A stretch of DNA of 64,000 bases from Planctomycetota bacterium (GTDB taxonomy: Bacteria > Planctomycetota > UBA8108 > SXIK01), in the NCBI GenBank assembly GCA_965223845.1, contig CBDCXR010000004.1, positions 6,592,001 to 6,656,000 of the forward strand, written 5' to 3'. Position 1 is the first letter of the stretch, and every line of letters starts with the position of its first letter. Below the pieces are notes generated by a model. The model did no database searches. It was not told where the DNA came from and saw only the letters and a list, made by a program, of their open reading frames with translations. This document shows, piece by piece, positions 1-8,401 of this stretch. The position numbers and the translations under genes were made by a program.

Positions 1-2274
1 GCCCGCGTAGAGCTCGAGTCCGAAGACGACATCGCTGCTCGCAGTCGTCGATTGATGGACCTCTACGGCGAGGACGTTCGTCCCTCGAACGAGCGCGCTC
101 GTATCGATCGCAACCGGACCGACGAACACGGCGTTCGAGACCGCCGGAGAGGCGCGTGTCGTCTCGTCGAAGGCGCCCGTCGGCATGTTGAATCGCAGCA
201 CCTCGGCGCCGTTCAGGTAGAACACGGCACCGTCGTCGATGACGTGTCGAATCCGCAGCACCGCTCCCTCGAGCTCGTCGGTGAACTCGAACTCGCGACG
301 GAAATAGAACGTCGTGGGGCCGAGCTCGATCTCGGTGTTCTTGGGGGCGGGGAGATCGGAAGACTCGCGATAGATCAGCGCGGGGCCGAAGGGCCAGTCG
401 CCATGATCGAAGCTCGCGTCCTTCCACGTGGACGGCTGCGGATCTCCGGAGGCGTCGTAGCGCCACACCGATTCGATACCGAGAAGAATGCTCTCATCGA
501 AGACCGGCGGCTTGGCCGGTTCCGGACGGGGATGATAGTGAATCTCGTTGATGACGATGTCGTCACGAAACGCGAATCGATTCTCTTCGCCGGGCGACGG
601 TTCGTTCGGAAGAAAGAAGCGCCCGGTCCCCTCGGGTGAACGTGCGCGAAGCGTCTCTCGGATCGCCGCGGCGTCGACGACGCCCGCACGGTCCGCGGAG
701 TAGAGAAAGAGCTTGTCCGGGGGGACGAGCGCGAACCCGAGCTCTACTTCGTCGACGACTAGGTACCCACCCGGGAGAATCGTCTCCGCTCCAAACTCGA
801 ACGGAGCCGCGCCGTCCGCAGAGGTCGCGAGGACGAAGCCTTCGAGATCGATGGGAGCCGCGCCGAGGTTGACGAGTTCGACCCACGAAGCGCCGACACC
901 GGGCTGGATTTCGTTGATGGCGAGCGGGGTGGACTCGATCGGCGCTCGCTCCGTCGAAAAGTAATCCTCACCCGCAGCGGCCCGCGCGGCGTGCGATGCG
1001 ACGGTCGCCGCTCCGATGGCCCGATTCCAAAACGCGATCTCGTCGAGAGTTCCCGTGAACGCCTGCCGGCGCCCGCTCATGTTGCCGAGATACGCGGAGG
1101 TGGCGCCGCCACTCGTGACCTTCGCTCCCGCGCGGAGATCGACGCGGGCGATCTCTGCGCCGTCGAGGTAGACGATCTTCGCGCCGCTCGTCGAGTCGTA
1201 GGTCGCCGCGATGTGATGCGCGGTGCCGTCCTTCAGCTCGGCGAGCGTCGGTCTTCCGTTCTCACCGTCGAGGAGAATGTCGAGCTCGCTGTACTCCCCG
1301 TCGACGTTGAGGCCGAAGGAGAGGACCGGTCCCGCGGCCGCCAGAGGAGGGTTCGAGCGGCCGTCGTCGTTTCCGTCGTTTTGAAACCCGAGCACGATGC
1401 GATCGCTGCCGTCCTCCTTGCGGAAGATCATGTCTTGGTCGTCGACCGCGCCCGACCACTCGAGGACGAAGAGCGCTTCGATCGTGATGCCGTCGCGGAC
1501 ATCGAAGCTGCTGCCGGCGCCGACGTTCACGAACGCGTCGACGGAATCGTCGAACGCGAGCGCCCCCGCGCCGACGAGTCCCGCGACGCGGTCCGTTGTC
1601 GAGCCGCGGGTCCCCGTGTTGGCTCCGACGGGATCCGTCACGTCGCTCCCGTCACCGTCGAGTGCCCAGTACGCGACGAGCCCCGCGGGGAACCCCGGTC
1701 CCGCCGGTGTCTCGTCGGGAAAGTTGACGGCTCCAGGCGTTCCGCCGATCTGCTCGCTCGCACGCCAATACTGCGGCCCTTCGCGCACCGAGCCGGGATC
1801 GATGCGCGCGAGGCTCGTCCCGGATCCGTCGGGCGAAACCGGCCAACGCCCGGCGTCGAAGTAGCGAACGGAGTCCATGACGCGTCCGCCGACGGCGACG
1901 AGATCGATGCGCTCGCCGCCGTTGTCGAGTCGGCCGAGGTACGGCCCGAAGAGCGCCTCCGGGTCGACGACGTCCGCGAGACTCGTCGGATCGCTTCCGA
2001 CGACGATGTAGCCGCCGCCCGGGATGATCGTTCCCTCGGGGAACGCGAAGTCGATTCCGCCGGTGAGCGACCAGCCGGAGATGTCGACGTCGACCGCCAT
2101 CTGGCTGTGCAGCTCGACCCATTCGTTCGCCGCCTCGTCGGTCGCCGGGTGGTACATGAGCTCGGTGAAGACGACGACGGTATCGGCGCGGAGTGACGGC
2201 GCGAAGAGCGAGACTGCGAGCGCCGCGGCCACGACGAGGCGGGCCGGGCGGAGCTCGGGAGCGGTGCGGTTCAT
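1..2274 (-). CDS. Secreted lamin-tail-domain (LTD) / LamG / galactose-binding-like multidomain protein, partial (3' end runs off the window)
   Basis: Not in the ORF track because no stop lies in the window. Manual translation of the start and of the 3' part from ATG 2274: signal peptide MNRTAPELRPARLVVAAALAVSLFAPSLRA, LTD motifs VFTELMYHP...EWVEL...VDISGWSL and LAINEIQP...WVELVN, LamG-type GLVAYWALDG, and a beta-sandwich YFRREFEF...IDDGAVFYLNGAEV...NVLAVEVHQ. Confidence 0.85.
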   Translation of the reverse strand, partial: MNRTAPELRPARLVVAAALAVSLFAPSLRADTVVVFTELMYHPATDEAANEWVELHSQMAVDVDISGWSLTGGIDFAFPEGTIIPGGGYIVVGSDPTSLADVVDPEALFGPYLGRLDNGGERIDLVAVGGRVMDSVRYFDAGRWPVSPDGSGTSLARIDPGSVREGPQYWRASEQIGGTPGAVNFPDETPAGPGFPAGLVAYWALDGDGSDVTDPVGANTGTRGSTTDRVAGLVGAGALAFDDSVDAFVNVGAGSSFDVRDGITIEALFVLEWSGAVDDQDMIFRKEDGSDRIVLGFQNDGNDDGRSNPPLAAAGPVLSFGLNVDGEYSELDILLDGENGRPTLAELKDGTAHHIAATYDSTSGAKIVYLDGAEIARVDLRAGAKVTSGGATSAYLGNMSGRRQAFTGTLDEIAFWNRAIGAATVASHAARAAAGEDYFSTERAPIESTPLAINEIQPGVGASWVELVNLGAAPIDLEGFVLATSADGAAPFEFGAETILPGGYLVVDEVELGFALVPPDKLFLYSADRAGVVDAAAIRETLRARSPEGTGRFFLPNEPSPGEENRFAFRDDIVINEIHYHPRPEPAKPPVFDESILLGIESVWRYDASGDPQPSTWKDASFDHGDWPFGPALIYRESSDLPAPKNTEIELGPTTFYFRREFEFTDELEGAVLRIRHVIDDGAVFYLNGAEVLRFNMPTGAFDETTRASPAVSNAVFVGPVAIDTSALVRGTNVLAVEVHQSTTASSDVVFGLELYAG

Positions 2275-2369
2275 GGACGAGATCCGAAGGGGGTGCGACG
2301 GTGCGCCGGGAGTTTCCCGGGCGACGGAACCATTTTGGATCGTGAACCGACGATCAGTCCACCTCTTCA

Positions 2370-2436
2370 CGGGGGTGGATCCCGCCGGTCTGGTGTGGCC
2401 GAGGTCGGGGGCTGTTCGTGTGGGCGTCCACCCCCG
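2370..2436. repeat. Small palindromic (REP-like) element, family B, copy 1
   Basis: Arms CGGGGGTGGA (2370-2379) and TCCACCCCCG (2427-2436); similar element at 44043-44100. Confidence 0.5.
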
Positions 2437-2468
2437 CCGGCCGCGGGGAGAGTCGGTCGGCCTCCGCT

Positions 2469-2509
2469 TGACCGATTTTTGACATTCTTCCCCGCACGCG
2501 CCGTAGAGT
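2469..2509 (+). promoter_or_regulatory. Putative promoter / autoregulatory site of the HK-RR pair
   Basis: TGACC 2469 and TGACA 2480 are 11 bp apart. TTGACA 2479-2484 and TAGAGT 2504-2509 resemble -35/-10 (19-bp spacer). ATG follows 6 nt after the -10, so the transcript may be leaderless. Confidence 0.45.
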
Positions 2510-2515
2510 GGCGGT

Positions 2516-4567
2516 ATGGATGGATCTCGGCCGGTGGATCCGCGCCTGCCCGTTCGCGGGACACCGAGGACGAAGTTCCTCTTGCCCGCGTTCGTCGCTC
2601 TCGTCGCGGGGATGGGACTGCTCGCGATCGCGGTTTGGACTCTCGTCGAGAACACCCGCTCGGCCGACGCTGTCGCGCGCGCGGAATCGTCTCGCGTCGC
2701 GACTCTCACCGCCCGGGCGCTCCGCAGCGCACTCGCGTTGCCGTCGTGGCTCGAGTCGATTCCAGCCGCACGGAAGTTCGACGTCCGCGAGGGCGCGCTG
2801 GTCGTCCCCACCGAGCTCGGTTGGGTCGCCCGCGCTCCGGCCCCCTCCTTCTCCGACCTTCTCGCCCCCGACCTTCTCGCGCTCGTCGCCGAAGCTCGAC
2901 GCGAGGAGTTCGAGCGGGATCGAGCGGAAGCCGCTCTCGAGCTTCTCGAAGAGGCGGCTCAGCGAACGGACGCGCGACCCGACGAGGGCGTCTGGCTCGC
3001 GATCGCGGCGGCGCGGCTCGCCGAGCGCGCCGGGCGGGTGGATCGCCGCGGGTATTGGGCGGACGAGGCGTCGGCTCGCTTCGACCGCGACCTCGAGGCG
3101 TCGCCGCCGGGAGCGCCGGTCCACGACGACATCGTCTGCGGCGTCGCGCTTCTCTCTCTCAGTGCGGGTCGCGATCTCACGCCGAAGCTCACCGGCGCTC
3201 TCCTTCGCGCGCAGCCCGAGGCGGCGCTCGCGACTCTCGCGCGGGCCGCCGAGTTCTCGCGCGGCCACGATCGTCGCGCGGAGGAGCTTCGCTCTCTTCG
3301 CACTCGAATCCGCGAGATCGCGGACCGCCGCGCGTTCCTCGCCACTGTCCGTCCGCGTCTCAGCGCTCTCATCGCGAGCGCCTCGGGGGCGCCGATCCGC
3401 GTGGGGAACGAGCTCGGGTTTTTCTTTCCCGAGGGCGATTCCGAATCGGGACGCGGCTGCGTCGTCCCGCCCGCGTTACTCGCTCGAGTGCTCGACGAAG
3501 AGCGAGCGAATGGCGGGCTCCGTTCCGTCGGTACCGCGGGGACGCTCGTCACGGGCGCCGATGCGAGCTCCTCGCCCGACGCGGTCTACGTCTGCCCCCT
3601 CGTCGCCGTTCTTCCCGACCGCGCCGGATTCGAAGGCACGGGGGCGAGCGGAATTCTCGCGGCCGCGTTCGCTGCGCTCATCGTCGTTGTCGCCGCGGGT
3701 CTCGTCCTCGCGGCGCGCGCGCTCGCGCGCGAGCGTCTCGCCGTCTCGACGCGCGAGGAGTTTCTCACCGCCGTGACGCACGAGCTGAAGACCCCGCTCG
3801 CGTCGATCCGGCTGCTGTCGGAGATGCTCGGCCGCGCCGACGCCCGGGACGGCGATCGACTCGTGAAGTACGTCGATCGACTCGGGGCCGAGAGCGCCCG
3901 GCTCGCGATGCTCGTCGAGAACGTGCTCGACGTCGGTCGCACGGAGCGCGGCGACCGGGCCTACGATCTGAGGCCTGAAGATCTCGCGCGAGTCGTGGAG
4001 GAGACGGTCGACATCTACCGGCCGCTCGCGACGCGGGACGGGCTCGATCTCCGCGCGTCGCTCGAAGCTCCCGCCCCGGTCTCGATCGATCGCGGCGCGT
4101 TGGGGCAAGTGATCTTGAATCTCCTCGAGAACGCGCGGCGCTACGCGCGCGACGGCAGGGCGGTGGACATCACGGGAGCGCGAAGCGGGAGCGCGTATCG
4201 CGTTTCCGTGCGCGACTTCGGCGCGGGCGTCGCCGCGGCGGAGCGCGAGCTCGTCTTCGCGAAGTTCGTCCGAGGAGGCGTCGCGGTCGCGAGCGGAAAT
4301 CCGGGAGTCGGGATCGGCCTCTACCTCGCGCGGACGATCGTGCGCGCGCACGGAGGAGAGCTTGAGGTCGGGGCTCCGCGCGACGATGGACCGGGGGCCG
4401 AGTTCGTGCTGTCGATTCCGCTCATCGCTCCGCCGACGGATGCGACGAGCCAAAGTCCGGCCGCTGAACGGAAGGCGCGATCGCCCGCGGCACGTCGCCG
4501 CGCCGGTGAGCGAGTTCGAGACGCGATCCGGCCGGCGGAGCCCGCGATCCGGGAGGACCTCCCGTGA
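2516..4567 (+). CDS. Membrane sensor histidine kinase (HisKA + HATPase_c)
   Basis: Two TM segments; H-box FLTAVTHELKTPL; N-box ILNLLENARRY; G-boxes VRDFGAG and GVGIGLYLAR. Confidence 0.95.
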   Translation: MDGSRPVDPRLPVRGTPRTKFLLPAFVALVAGMGLLAIAVWTLVENTRSADAVARAESSRVATLTARALRSALALPSWLESIPAARKFDVREGALVVPTELGWVARAPAPSFSDLLAPDLLALVAEARREEFERDRAEAALELLEEAAQRTDARPDEGVWLAIAAARLAERAGRVDRRGYWADEASARFDRDLEASPPGAPVHDDIVCGVALLSLSAGRDLTPKLTGALLRAQPEAALATLARAAEFSRGHDRRAEELRSLRTRIREIADRRAFLATVRPRLSALIASASGAPIRVGNELGFFFPEGDSESGRGCVVPPALLARVLDEERANGGLRSVGTAGTLVTGADASSSPDAVYVCPLVAVLPDRAGFEGTGASGILAAAFAALIVVVAAGLVLAARALARERLAVSTREEFLTAVTHELKTPLASIRLLSEMLGRADARDGDRLVKYVDRLGAESARLAMLVENVLDVGRTERGDRAYDLRPEDLARVVEETVDIYRPLATRDGLDLRASLEAPAPVSIDRGALGQVILNLLENARRYARDGRAVDITGARSGSAYRVSVRDFGAGVAAAERELVFAKFVRGGVAVASGNPGVGIGLYLARTIVRAHGGELEVGAPRDDGPGAEFVLSIPLIAPPTDATSQSPAAERKARSPAARRRAGERVRDAIRPAEPAIREDLP

Positions 4568-5301
4568 GCAAGCGACTCCTCTTGGTCGAAGACGACCGCA
4601 CTCTCCGCGAGACGCTCGCCGAAGCGCTCGGGCTCGAAGGCTACGACGTCACGACGACCGAGCGCGGAGATCGCGCCGTCGAAATCGCCGTATCGCGTCA
4701 CTTCGACCTCGTCGTCCTCGACTGGATGCTCCCCGGGATGAGCGGCGTCGATGTCCTGCGTGAGATCCGCGCCGCGAACCTGAGCGTCCCCGTTCTCCTG
4801 CTGACGGTTCGGAGTGCCGAAGAGGACAAGGTGACCGGTCTCGAAGCCGGCGCGGACGACTACGTCACGAAGCCGTTCTCGCTTCGCGAGCTCCTCGCGC
4901 GAACGAAGGCGCTCCTCCGAAGGCGGAGCTCGCCGCTGGCGACGAATGCGGTGGGAGGCGGCGGGATCGACCGATTCCGCCTCGGCAAGGCGATCGTGGA
5001 TCTGGCGGCGTTTCGGGTCGAGTGCGAAGGAGAGGAAGTGCCGCTGTCGCCGAAGGAAGCGGCGATCCTCCGCATTCTTCTCGCCGAGGAAGGTCGCGCC
5101 GTCAGTCGCAGCCGTTTCCTCGACGAGATTTGGGGCGAAGATGCCGCGGTGACGAATCGGACGATCGATACGCACGTTCTCCATCTCCGCCAGAAGCTGG
5201 AGCCGTCCGGAGCGCGTCGCTGTCTCATCACGGTTCACGGCATCGGCTACCGACTCGATCGCGGCTCGGACGACGCGCTCGAAGGGGAAAACCGCACGTG
5301 A
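4564..5301 (+). CDS. OmpR/PhoB-family DNA-binding response regulator
   Basis: LLVEDD, LDWMLPG (phospho-Asp), GADDYVTKPF, winged helix RTIDTHVLHLRQKLE...ITVHGIGY; GTGA overlap with the kinase stop. Confidence 0.96.
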   Translation: MSKRLLLVEDDRTLRETLAEALGLEGYDVTTTERGDRAVEIAVSRHFDLVVLDWMLPGMSGVDVLREIRAANLSVPVLLLTVRSAEEDKVTGLEAGADDYVTKPFSLRELLARTKALLRRRSSPLATNAVGGGGIDRFRLGKAIVDLAAFRVECEGEEVPLSPKEAAILRILLAEEGRAVSRSRFLDEIWGEDAAVTNRTIDTHVLHLRQKLEPSGARRCLITVHGIGYRLDRGSDDALEGENRT

Positions 5302-5336
5302 CATTCTTTTGACACCGAATTGACGACCGGCTGACA
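5299..5336 (+). promoter_or_regulatory. Array of four 11-bp-periodic TGAC(A/G) direct repeats, putative OmpR-family operator
   Basis: TGACA 5299, TGACA 5310, TGACG 5321, TGACA 5332; exact 11-bp period, directly upstream of the next gene. Confidence 0.75.
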
Positions 5337-5410
5337 CGCGACCCGCGCTCGTGTGCGTGAATGGTCGAGAGAACAGAGAAGTACCTCGACCGCGAACCAG
5401 GAGTCTCTAC

Positions 5411-8137
5411 ATGTACCGCCGAGTGATCTCTCTTCGTAGTCTCCTCAGTTTCTGCTTGGGCTTCGTGCTGTTCCATTCGCCGGGAGCATTGCGAGCGCAG
5501 GAATCCCCGAGCCCCGAGAAGCTCCTCGAAAAAGCGCGCGTCGTGCACACAGCCGAGCAAAACCTCACCCTCGCCGAATCGCTTTACCGTCAGGCGATCG
5601 AGCGCGCGAACGGTGACCTCAGAGCTCGCGCATTTCTCCTGCTCGGAAAGTGCCTCGTCGAGAAAGGTGACACCGCCGCCGCCGAGGAGGCGTTTCGCGC
5701 CGCCGCGGAGATCGGTGGACCGAGCGGGGACGAGGCGCGGCGACTCTACGGCGCTACGCGCGAGAATCGCGTCCGCCTCGAGGCCGTCGCCCAGCGGTTG
5801 CTCCAGAATCTCGACGATACCGCGATGGTCGAGCTCGTCAGTCTCGGCGATCCCGTCGTCCCGCTCCTCATCGAGCGTCTCGAGGACGATCGGCTGCAGA
5901 ACCATCCGCCGGACGGGATCGCCCAGACGCTCCTCAATATCGGCAGCCGCCGTGTGGTCGAGTACGTCGAGTCCGTTCTTCGTTCGAACGATCGACTTCG
6001 GGAACGCATCCTCCTCGGAGCGCTCCCTCTGACGCAGGCTCCCCCGCGCGTTCTGCGCGCATTCCGACTCGCGCTCGTCGATCGAGATCCGAGCACCGTG
6101 AAGACCGTTCTCGACCAAGTGGGCAGGGCGTTGGACACCGCGGATCTCGTGGCGGTCCTCGCCAACGACGACGCCGAGGTGCGCGGCGCGGCGCTCTCGC
6201 TCCTTCTCAAGCGCCCGATTTTCGCGGACGAAGCGGCGATGGCGAAGGTTGCACCACACGTTGTCGCGTCGTACGTCGAGTACCTTCGGGGTGGATCTGG
6301 ATCGCCACCCCGGCTGGCGCCCGAGTGGATGCGGACCGCTGCGGGCCGGCGCTGCCTCTACGAACTCGTGCGCGAGGGACTCGAGGTTCCGGTCCCGACG
6401 ATTCAAAACGCGGCTCGAGACGGTGACGTGTTCTCGGCCGAGGAGCTCGTCGAGTTCGATGCCGAGACCAAGGGGAACACTCGGCGCGCCCGCGTCCGTA
6501 CTCTCTTCAGCGAGGCGTCCGACGCCGACCAGCCGTCCCACGGCTGGAACCGGGAAGCGATTCCGTCCGCGCTCGAGCTGGTCGACTCGGATCTCGTCGC
6601 GAGTCCCGACCGTCTCCTTGCGTGGATGATTTCAACCGCGGAGCCGGCGGACGCCGAGTCGATCGCGAAGGCTCTCGGCTACGGTGACTCGTTGATTCAC
6701 GAACTCCTCACATGGTTGCACGAGCACCCGAGCGAGTCGGCGCTCGCTCCTCTCGTCGCCTGGGCGAAGGACCCGGAGTTCCGGCGGCGACTCGCCGAAG
6801 CGAATCCGAGCGGCGCGCGCCGGGGCGTTGCGCTCTTCGTCGACGTCGTCGCCACGGCGGCCCACCACAACTGGAGATCGGCTCTCCTCGATCTCGCCGA
6901 GATCGACCTCAAGCTGTTCGTTCGACCCGTGGGAGACTACCTCGCCGACGGTCGTGCCGAGCTCACGCTCGAAGCGGAAGCCCTCGAGCGCTGGCTCAAG
7001 CTCGAGCTCAGGGGGAGGGGAGGGAACGTCACCTCTCCGCTCCGCGGTCTCGCCTACCGCGGCAGCTATCCGATCAAAGAAGTCCACGCGGCTCTCGACG
7101 ACGCTCGCTCGAACTATTTTCAGGCGCTCCTCTTCGGACGGGCATCGAACGGTCAGGTGGTCGCCTACGACGAGGCGACGCGCGCCGACATCCTCACGGC
7201 GGCGCTTGCGGGAGCGCGGCGCGGCTCGGCCGAGGAGGTGTACGAGGCGCTCACCGATGGCTTCGAGGCCGATCGGTCGGAACTCGCCGTTCCGCCGCGT
7301 CTCGCACGGATCCTCTGTGGACAAGTGCTCGCGGCGAGCGCGCGCGAAGAGTCCTCGTTCACCGAGTGGGTGCTCGAAACGCCCTTCATCGATGCCGAGC
7401 TTCGGCGGGAAGTTCTCGAGCGGGCTCTCCGCGAAGGGGCGTCCTACGATCGTGTCGCGGCACTCCACAGTGAACTCATCGATCGGTCGCACCTCGAGCT
7501 CGTTCGCGCTCAGCTCTCGGGCGAGGAGTCCGTCGCCCGAGCCGCGCTCGACAGTCTGGCAGGGTTCGAAGATACGAGGCTCGCGCCGATCATGGCCGAG
7601 GCGGCAGCGCATCCCGACGAGAACGTTCGCCGAAATTTGGCGTATTCGCTCTATCAGCTTTCCGGTGATGCTGCGCTCGATGCCATCTTGCCCCTCGCCA
7701 AGGATCGATCCGCGCGCGTGCGCGAGACGGTCTGTGATCTTCTTGCCCGCTCGAAGTCCGAACGCGCCGCGGAGGCCCTCGTCGAGGCGACACGCGATGG
7801 TTCGAACAACGTTCGAGTAGCGGCGGAGAAAGCGCTCACCCAGCTCGAGAAGTACTTCGAGCACAAGAAGCGGTGGGACGGATGGCGGCGCGACCTCGCG
7901 CGGGCACAGGGAAGCACGATCGAAAAACTCGTGCGTCAAGCCGGCGTGTCATCTCGGCGCGAGGTGCGGCTCGCGGCGGTGCGCGCGCTCGGAGTCGTGG
8001 GAACGGCGGACGTGCTGCCCGAGTTGATCGCGCTGCTGGCGGAATCGGACGACGAGATCGTGGCGGCGGCGAAAGCGGCGATCGCGGAGGTGGAGGCTCG
8101 GCTGCGAGGGGGCGATGGGAAACCCTCGGGCACATAG
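5411..8137 (+). CDS. Secreted TPR + HEAT-repeat (alpha-solenoid) protein
   Basis: Start moved to ATG 5411 to give signal peptide MYRRVISLRSLLSFCLGFVLFHSPGALRA; N-terminal TPR (RAFLLLGKCLVEKGDTAAAEEAF); HEAT motifs DPSTVK, DDAEVRGAA, DENVRRNLA, DRSARVRETV, VRLAAVRALG. Confidence 0.85.
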   Translation: MYRRVISLRSLLSFCLGFVLFHSPGALRAQESPSPEKLLEKARVVHTAEQNLTLAESLYRQAIERANGDLRARAFLLLGKCLVEKGDTAAAEEAFRAAAEIGGPSGDEARRLYGATRENRVRLEAVAQRLLQNLDDTAMVELVSLGDPVVPLLIERLEDDRLQNHPPDGIAQTLLNIGSRRVVEYVESVLRSNDRLRERILLGALPLTQAPPRVLRAFRLALVDRDPSTVKTVLDQVGRALDTADLVAVLANDDAEVRGAALSLLLKRPIFADEAAMAKVAPHVVASYVEYLRGGSGSPPRLAPEWMRTAAGRRCLYELVREGLEVPVPTIQNAARDGDVFSAEELVEFDAETKGNTRRARVRTLFSEASDADQPSHGWNREAIPSALELVDSDLVASPDRLLAWMISTAEPADAESIAKALGYGDSLIHELLTWLHEHPSESALAPLVAWAKDPEFRRRLAEANPSGARRGVALFVDVVATAAHHNWRSALLDLAEIDLKLFVRPVGDYLADGRAELTLEAEALERWLKLELRGRGGNVTSPLRGLAYRGSYPIKEVHAALDDARSNYFQALLFGRASNGQVVAYDEATRADILTAALAGARRGSAEEVYEALTDGFEADRSELAVPPRLARILCGQVLAASAREESSFTEWVLETPFIDAELRREVLERALREGASYDRVAALHSELIDRSHLELVRAQLSGEESVARAALDSLAGFEDTRLAPIMAEAAAHPDENVRRNLAYSLYQLSGDAALDAILPLAKDRSARVRETVCDLLARSKSERAAEALVEATRDGSNNVRVAAEKALTQLEKYFEHKKRWDGWRRDLARAQGSTIEKLVRQAGVSSRREVRLAAVRALGVVGTADVLPELIALLAESDDEIVAAAKAAIAEVEARLRGGDGKPSGT

Positions 8138-8152
8138 ACGCCTCTATGAGAG

Positions 8153-8388
8153 ATTGCACACGAAGAGAGCGAAGGAACGCGAAGAAAGACGAAGAAGAGA
8201 ACCTATTGATTCAGAAGTAAGAGCGTTAGTTGAATGCGCCGGTTGTATTCGATTGTCGCGACGATCAACGTGCGCAAGATTTGCACCGGGGTTCTCGTTC
8301 GATTGGAACGATTCCTACCCCACACCCCTTTCCCCTTCTCTTCATCCTTCGTCTTTCTTCGCGTTCCTTCGCTCTCTTCGTGTGCAAT
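8153..8388. repeat. Long inverted-repeat intergenic element (family A, MITE/REP-like), copy 1
   Basis: Perfect 42-bp arms ATTGCACACGAAGAGAGCGAAGGAACGCGAAGAAAGACGAAG (8153-8194, reverse complement at 8347-8388), 152-nt loop, between convergent genes. Confidence 0.92.
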
Positions 8389-8401
8389 TCTTCTCGAGAG
8401 T

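Noticed and set aside
4564-5301. Calling the HK-RR pair phoR/phoB
   Set aside because: The kinase has a large periplasmic domain and no PAS, the gene order is HK then RR, and the adjacent operator differs from the pst arrays.
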